Below, piece by piece: positions 56,994-64,000 of a DNA stretch of 64,000 bases. The translations under genes and the position numbers were made by a program. The stretch's first letter is position 1. Each line of letters starts with the position of its first letter. Source of the DNA: Azolla caroliniana (Eukaryota; Plantae; Polypodiophyta); assembly GCA_043228905.1 (NCBI GenBank), contig JBHGNT010000007.1, positions 10,912,001 through 10,976,000 of the forward strand. The letters run 5' to 3'. The notes below the pieces were generated by a model. It was not told where the DNA came from. It worked only from the letters and a program-made list of their open reading frames with translations, and did not search any database.

Positions 56994-57623
56994 GGATGGA
57001 GAGCATTGCAACAAAACAACTCTTTGGCAAGCCCTAAGAATTCCGACTGTTATGATCATTTGGAACCATTAATGGCTGAAAATTCTGACGTTACACCTGT
57101 TGATTGATCCTCACCCTAACCATCATAGATTATTGGTAGAAAGTGTAGAGTTTCCAGAATTTGGCTCCCTTGAATCATCCGTAAAATACCTTGCGACTTT
57201 TAGCCAAGAAGCTCAGGAGAGAAGCACAACAGAGAGGGTAAACATAGTCAAGGGGAGGCTATGTTTGGTGATGAAGAGCATAGATAGGATCTATATTATT
57301 CACCAAATGATTGTGAATGCGTTTCTTGCAACTTTCCCAATGCCTTTTGGGTGATTTATTATTGATCTGCCAGAAGATGAAGGTTACATTTTCCAATTCA
57401 ATGGACGTGGGGCTGTAACCTTATGTACTGAGTGTTGTCTAGGATGCAAGCTACGATTTATTCGTTCAATATCAACATGTAAACATACTTGTACTCATTG
57501 TTGTAGTTTAACAATTGTCATAGTGCAACAAGCCCTTTTTACTTTTTGTAGCTATCCTAAACTAAATATAAACATCAAACCTTAAATCTCTAGGTTTCAG
57601 GTGTTTATTAGGGTTGAGAGAGT

Positions 57624-58976
57624 TGTCATCGATTATTGGGGTTCTCACTTCGGGGGACGTGTGAGAGGCATTGCAAGAACAATTGGGGAAGAGGTGAAAT
57701 GAAAGGTGAAAGCTACATCAAGAGGTTGGAGGCTGTCGAGTAACGTTTGGGCCACAAACGCAAAGATCTCCCACATATTCCACTTATTTTGCATTTTCAC
57801 CTTAGATTACTCACCCTATATTAAAGGGGTTTTGATTGTAAACTTATGGTAAACTCAACGTTCTTGATCTTGAGGTTTTTGTAATTTATTATATTGTCGT
57901 TGGTGATGAAATCCCCTTTTAGTTCATTTTTGTTTGTGTCATGCGATTGTGGGAGATTGAGAGAAACAATTTGAGTTCCCATTTGAGGAAATGAAGTTTG
58001 TGGGAGGAGCTTAGGGAGAGCCCACAAAACAGGTAGACACATGCGAAAGACCCAACACACGAGCCCACAAAGGGGGCCCAAGCATACGAGGAGCTTGCAA
58101 GAGGCCCTAGACCCCGAAAGGAACACATGAAGGCTAAGAGCCCACAAACATCTATGAACGTTCAAAGGTTGGGAGATTAGGAAGATTGTGAGCAACACCA
58201 ACACAAAGGCCCAAGAATTCTAGAAGGTTGCAAGCTTGTGAACACCCACGAAGTAGAAATGGGGTATTTGGGGAAGTAGAAAGGGTCTAAGTATTTGTGA
58301 ATAGTCTTAATGTTTCTCATATTGTGTGAATGTACATGTGGCAGGTGATGTGGTAGGTTGATGCCGATAGTAGAGATAGCGGCAGTAGCAACAATTTGCT
58401 TGAAGGAGGTATATCGGCAATAGTAATGTTGCCCAAATGAGGCATGTCAGCAACAATAGCAGTTACAATGTCAGACAGGCCTTCCCTTGATTCAAAGGAA
58501 ATCTCGAACCATAACTTTCCTTGAATTGAAGGAAAGCTTCGAGCTTTAAAAGCTCCAAGGGTCCCTTTCCCTAGGTTCAAGGAAAGGATCTTTTTCTTTG
58601 TTTGAGGAAAAGAAGTCCCTCATGCTTCGAGGAAAGCTTTAAGTTCTTAATTTAGGGAATTGAAAACTCAAATATTGGAATTGTTTTTCTCAAAATGGCA
58701 AAAGTAGTAGTTTTTCTTAGATGTTGACCTTAGTCAGTGTGGTGGGTTCAACTCCCATCGTTCGAAAATTTGCATTCCCTCGTAACTTTCTAATTTGAAC
58801 TCATATTAGCATTTTGAAAATTCCACCACAACCTTCACAATGCCCTCTTCGTGTCGGTGAAAATAATAATTGGATTTTGCTTTTTGTTGAATTCGGATAG
58901 CTTCGGGCACTATGCTTGGATTTCCAAGCCGAAAAAACTATAGTGATCATTGTTTGATTGCGACTTATTGATGACA
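57624..58976. mobile_element. Probable solo LTR (~1.35 kb) of an unassigned family
   Basis: Inverted termini TGTCATCGAT...ATTGATGACA (1 mismatch); no TSD, PBS or PPT found. Confidence 0.45.
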
Positions 58977-60592
58977 ATAGGATTACCAAAATAAAATTTT
59001 CTAGATACAGGTTATGGTTACAAGTCAGTCGGCATATAGCCGAGTCAGCAAAGGTAAAGTTGGTATCTAGCCTGATTCAGTTGGTCATCCAGGTCGCCTT
59101 GTTTGAGTCGGTCGGATCAACTTACCTTCTGCTCCTTGTTTGGCTTTCTTCTGCTTGGTCGCATGTCTAGTTCCATATTTGTCCTTAATGCTCCAAAGTG
59201 TTGATCGGGGGGTGGCTTTGTCAAGCAATCAACGATGTTCACCTCGGTGTCGATATTCCGGACTTCGAGGTTCTTCTCAGTTACTAGCTCCCGAATATGA
59301 TGATACCACACCTCAATATGCTTTGTCTTTGCATGATAGACATGATTGTTGATGAGGTGTATTGCGCTTTGTGAGTCGCAATAGATGGTCGGTGTTGGTC
59401 GATCGGTTCAGATCGTAGCCGAAAAGTTATCAGTCAGTCGATGCAGCCAGATCACATCCTTCGTTGCTACTGATGTTGCTATGTATTCGGCCTCTACGGT
59501 AGATAGAGCCGTGCACTCTTGCAGCTTCGACCTCCATGATATATCATCGCCACCATAGGTGAAGATGTAGCCTGATGTCAACTTTCGATTGTTCGAGTTC
59601 CCGGCATAGTTAGAGTCGGTGCAACCTTCGACTTTGGTCGGATTTGATGATCCGAAAGTCAGTTGTGCATCTTTAGTTCCTCTTAGGTACCTGAAGATCT
59701 GTCTAACGGCCTCCCAATGCTTCCATCCTATGTTTGACATGTACCAGTTCACGACCCCTACGACATATGCAAGGTCGCGTTGAGTCGCCACCATCGCGTA
59801 CATGATACTTCCTACTGTCAATGCGTAGGGTATCTTCCCATTAAGCTCCTTCTCCTCATTCGTCGAAGGAGAGTCTCTGTCCGATAGTTGGATCGACGTC
59901 GGAGGCGGTGTTAGTGCTGGCTTTGTGTTCTCCATGTTGAAGCTCTTCAACACCTTGCGAATATAGTCGGACTGGGAGAGTCAAAGAGTTTTTGTTGTCC
60001 GATTTTGTTTTATCTTCATGCCTAGTATGTGTCGGGCTTGTCCAAGTTCCTTCATCACAAAATTTTCATGAAGGCCCCTCTTTAGCTTTCCGATTTCGGT
60101 TTGATTGCTCCTTGTAATCAGCATATCGTCAACATATAGGATAAGATAGATCCAGGACTCCTTGGCCAGTTGCCGAATATACATACATGGGTCAGAGTCG
60201 GATCAGCGGTATCCAAGCTGCATGATGTAGGAGTCGAACTTTTGATACCACATCCTCGCCGCTTGTTTTAAGGCATATAGGCTTTTCTTCAGTCGACATA
60301 CGAGGTAACATTCCTCCCCCATCATTGTGAAGCCTGCCGGTTGAGACATGTAAATATCTTCTTTCCGGATCTCCGTGTAAGAAAGCCGTCTTGATGTCCA
60401 ATTCCTCAAGCTCTAGGTCCTCTATCACCAGGACCCCGAGTAGGAGCCAAACGGTGGTCATCTTGACTACTGGAGAGAATATATCGTCGTAGCCAACCCC
60501 GTGTTCCTGTTTGAATCCTTCGCGACAAGCCAAGCTTTGTATATGGGTTTTTTCCGAATAAGATATATATTTGTACCTAAAGGCCCATTCTC
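58977..60592 (-). mobile_element. Copia element D remnant: RT-RNase H
   Basis: WAFRYK, FSPVVKMTT, LKKSLYALKQ, LILYVDDML, IPYALTVGSIMYAMV, ALSTVEAEY; cut at 60592 by the LTR of element C. Confidence 0.9.
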
Positions 60593-61001
60593 TATTAGGA
60601 ATATGTCCCTCTAGTGGAAGGAGCCGACTACTCAGAGAGAGCCGACAATCGAAGCCAGGGAGCACCTGACTAGTCGGATGAGAGCCGATAATCGAGGAAT
60701 CAACTCTAAGAGAGTCGACACGGAGAGTTAACAAGAGTTGATCGAGGTCGAAGACACGATCGACTAGTCAGGCCGACCAGATGGTCCATGGCCAGGCCGA
60801 CTAGTCGGACCAAGACGACACTCGATGGATTAGTCGGCGGATTAGTAAGATTATTATTATTGATAGATAATAATAATGGCCATGATTGTAAATAACCCAT
60901 TCTGTGTATTAGTATAAATACACCTAGGGAAAATAGATATGTGTGTGGATGTGCAGAGAATAGAGTAGAACAGAATTGTGAGTGATCCTCTGTTTTGGTG
61001 T

Positions 61002-61044
<43 letters not shown>

Positions 61045-62599
61045 GCCATAGCCAAGTGAGGTTTGACGCCAAGAGCCATGTGTGGCTGATACACTCTTGA
61101 TTGGAGAGTGTTGTATTATGATCTCATCCTGTATTCTCTCCGTATAGTGAAATCTTTGTTCCCATGGTTTTCCCCATTTAGGGTTTCCACGTAAAACGTT
61201 GTGCCCTATGCATTTTGTCTATTGTGCTGTTGTGTTGTTTCTTTTTTCTATTTTCGCAAGATTTGTGTATTTCAGCATATCCTTTCATGGATCGACGATT
61301 CGATCTTTAATAAACTGGTATCAGATCGAAGTTAAGATGGAAGGAGGTGTGATTGGCTTCCCAAGTATGATAGTTCTAAACTCTCAGAACTATGCGAACT
61401 CGAAGATTAAGATGGAGAACCTTCTCATAGTCAAAGACCTATACGAGCCGATTGACAAAGTAGAAATACCCACGGGGGTATTAGAGTCGGAATGGAAACT
61501 TCTTAACAGAAAGGTGGTGGCCACCATCCGACAGTGTGTCGATGTAAATGTCCTTCAACATGTGGCGAACGACACAAATGCTCAGGTGATGTGGCAGAAG
61601 CTATCAAGTCTATACGAGAGGAAGAACGTCCTAAATAAAACCTCACTGATGAGAAAGATCATATGGCTGAAATACAAAGATGGTGAGAGCATCGTGGAAC
61701 ACATCAACACATTCATGGGGTATGTAAGTCAACTTGCTGCAACCAAGTTTCCCCTTGAGGATGCAATGCAAGCCAACCTGTTGTTGTGTACTTTGCCAGA
61801 CAGCTGGGAGAACCTAGTGGTGACCCTCAACACATTGTGTCAAGAAGAGAACTTGTCTTTACAAGAGGTAAGACAAGCATCTTGAACGAGGAGACCAGAA
61901 GGAAGGACAAGGGTGTCCTAGTCCAGTCAGAGTCAAACTTGACTCAACACACTAGCAGAGGAAGAAACCAACAAAGGAGTCCACCAAGGAGAGAAAAGTC
62001 TCAAGCCAGGTCGAAGTCCAAAGGTAAGCTAACATACTTTTATTGTGGAAAGACTGGACATTTCCAGAAGGACTGCCGACATCTTAAGAAGGACAAGAGT
62101 GTCGGTAATAATGTCGAACCCAGGAAGATTCCTGATGAAAAGGGCACTTCGCCCATTGCTACGAGCAATGAAGAACTTCTGTTCATCTTTGAACAGACAA
62201 GTGCAAACCTATCGAGTGAAGAATGCATTTGGGTTATCGACACCGGTGCATCTGTCCATATAACTCCGTCGAGAGAGTACTTCTCGACTTAGATAACCGG
62301 GGATCATGGTTATGTAAAGATGGGTGACAATGGAGAGTGCAAGATAGTTGGAGTTGAAAGTGTCTGCTTGACAATGTTGACAGAGTGTCGACTGACCCTT
62401 AAGGAAGTTCGACATGTCCCCAATATCAGATTGAATCTGATATCGACTGGAAGGTTGGATGACAAAGACTACAGTGGTAGCTTCCGAAATGGCAAGTGGA
62501 AGTTCTGCCGTGTCAACCTCATAGTGGCACGAGCACAAAAAGAGGGCACACTGTATATGATGCACACCCATTGTGCAAGTCGGAAGCGAATGTGGTAGT
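60593..62599 (+). mobile_element. Copia element C, 5' part: LTR 60593-61312, PBS 61316, gag-protease pseudogene from 61337, interrupted by A4
   Basis: TATTA...TAATA termini; TGGTATCAGA PBS; MEGGVIGFPSMIVLNSQNY; YFYCGKTGHFQKDC; WVIDTGAS; frameshift at ~61870. Confidence 0.85.
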
Positions 62600-64000
62600 T
62601 ATTGGGAAATCGGTCCCTCCAGATGGGATCTGGTGATGAATGAAGAGGACCCAGTGAGAACCGGAAGAGATACGAAAACTGGAGGAGACCCGGTGAGAAC
62701 CGGAAGAGAGACATATCTGTAAATATGTTTCTTGAGTAAGCCTATTGAGGTTATATTTGTAAATAGCCCTAAGTTCATATACGTATAAATATGACTTAGG
62801 GCAATCACTTTATGTGGATGTTGTTGGAGTTGTTATATTGTTGTACAGAGAGCGAGAGAGAGTGAGTGTGAGATACAGAGTGATACTCTGTTGTAACTGC
62901 TGGTTGGCGAAGATACAGAGGTCGAGGTTGTTGCCTCCGAGGCTCTGATTGTACCTTTCTCCTATAGTGATAGTTGGAGTCGGTGGGCTCCCGTGGTTTT
63001 TCCCACTTAGGGTTTTCCACGTAAATATCCTGTGTATTTCCTTTTGTGTACTACCCACTTCCCATTTCTGTGTTTCATTCTCAGAGAAGGGATTCAAGAC
63101 TCGGTTGTGGCCGAGCAATATTCCGTGCATTTCTCTTCAAACTAGTAATAGAGCGAACAACACAAAAACTGGAAGAATCGTTTGGCGGCATGTTCAAGAT
63201 CACCGGCTCCAACTACTCAGTGTGGAAGTCGAAGATGAGGGATATGTTGGTGGTCAAAGATCTTTGGTTGCCCGTTCAGTTCGGGGACAAGAGACCGGAT
63301 AAGATTGACGCCATAGTGTGGGAGGTGATGCACATGAAGACGACGGCATACATCCGGTGCTTCATAGACATGAATTCTGGGAGAAGATCGGCATCATGTT
63401 CCAGAACAAGAATGTTGTAAATTGGGTTTCGATATTCCGGAAGCTAGTGAGGCTCCGGTACCAAGACGACTCTAGTATGGCGGAGCACATGAATGCCTTC
63501 CAGGGACTGATCCACCAGGAAACCTCGTTGGAAGTACCTCTTGCCGATGAGGTACTTGCATTACTCCTGCTCGGTTCCCTCCCGGATAGTTGGGAGACGC
63601 TAGTTGTCCCGTTGGGCAACGCCGGGCCAGAAGGAAAACAGTTATCCCTAGCAAGGGTAAAATCAAGTTTGCTAGATGAAGAGGCTCGCCGGAAGGACCG
63701 GGAGTCGGGAGCCGATCCGAAGGCCTTGGTCACGGAAGATGACCAAAACTAGGGGATGGGCCGGTATTGGAGTCCCCAAAACCGGGACAAATCGGGGACG
63801 AGGTCAAAGTCAAGGGGGAGGCCTACTTGCTTCTACTGTGGGAAGCCGGGGCACTTCAAGAAGAATTGTCGGCATTTCCGGAAAGAGAAAGAAACCGGCA
63901 CCACTGATTCGAGGAAGAGTTCAGACCGAAACGGTTCGGACCGGAGAGACCCGGATTGGAAGGGGACGTTGGCGATCGCGACAAGTGAAGAAGAACTGAT
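62600..64000 (+). mobile_element. Copia element A4: 5' LTR 62600-63139 and degenerate gag, running off the window
   Basis: A-family LTR motifs (atttgtaaatagcc, tataaatatgacttagggca, ctcggttgtggccgagc); degenerate PBS tagtaatagagc; gag GGMFKITGSNYSVWK...CFYCGKPGHFKKNC. Confidence 0.9.

Noticed and set aside
57821-58580. Minus-strand ORFs in the putative solo LTR
   Set aside because: Short, with no motifs and no splice-consistent gene model.

Overview
Eukaryotic (land plant) nuclear DNA, not prokaryotic. The Tcn1-like chromovirus and the tRNA-Trp-primed Gypsy elements point to a non-seed plant such as a fern, lycophyte or bryophyte (inference). About 80% of the window is a nested pile of LTR retrotransposons, labelled here with my own working names. 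Ty1/Copia: A1 12011-17433, A2 26919-37713, A3 44547-49988, A4 62600-end, B1 26477-40997 on the minus strand, E, F, C and D. Ty3/Gypsy: a tRNA-Trp-primed lineage (5457-8450, 10037-21160, and a split solo LTR 25958-41152), a tRNA-Arg-primed fragment (4156-5456), and one young, nearly intact chromovirus (31636-37429). Two spliced genes can be reconstructed by hand. One is a non-canonical poly(A) polymerase / TRF4-like nucleotidyltransferase on + (50820-~56993). The other is an unannotated ~402-aa protein with a C-terminal RING-H2 finger on - (2230-235), which lies between clusters of an AGCTAATTAGCT palindrome and is probably DNA-transposon cargo. The most notable observations are: (i) the spliced RING-H2 gene with a telo-box satellite intron; (ii) a Gag capsid-domain swap between two Copia families; (iii) tRNA-independent self-priming plus a GUUAAAC/stem -1 frameshift signal in the chromovirus; (iv) a five-level insertion nest resolved by target-site duplications (TSDs); (v) an antisense coiled-coil ORF directly behind an Arg primer-binding site (PBS). 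All coordinates were read by eye and no database searches were run.
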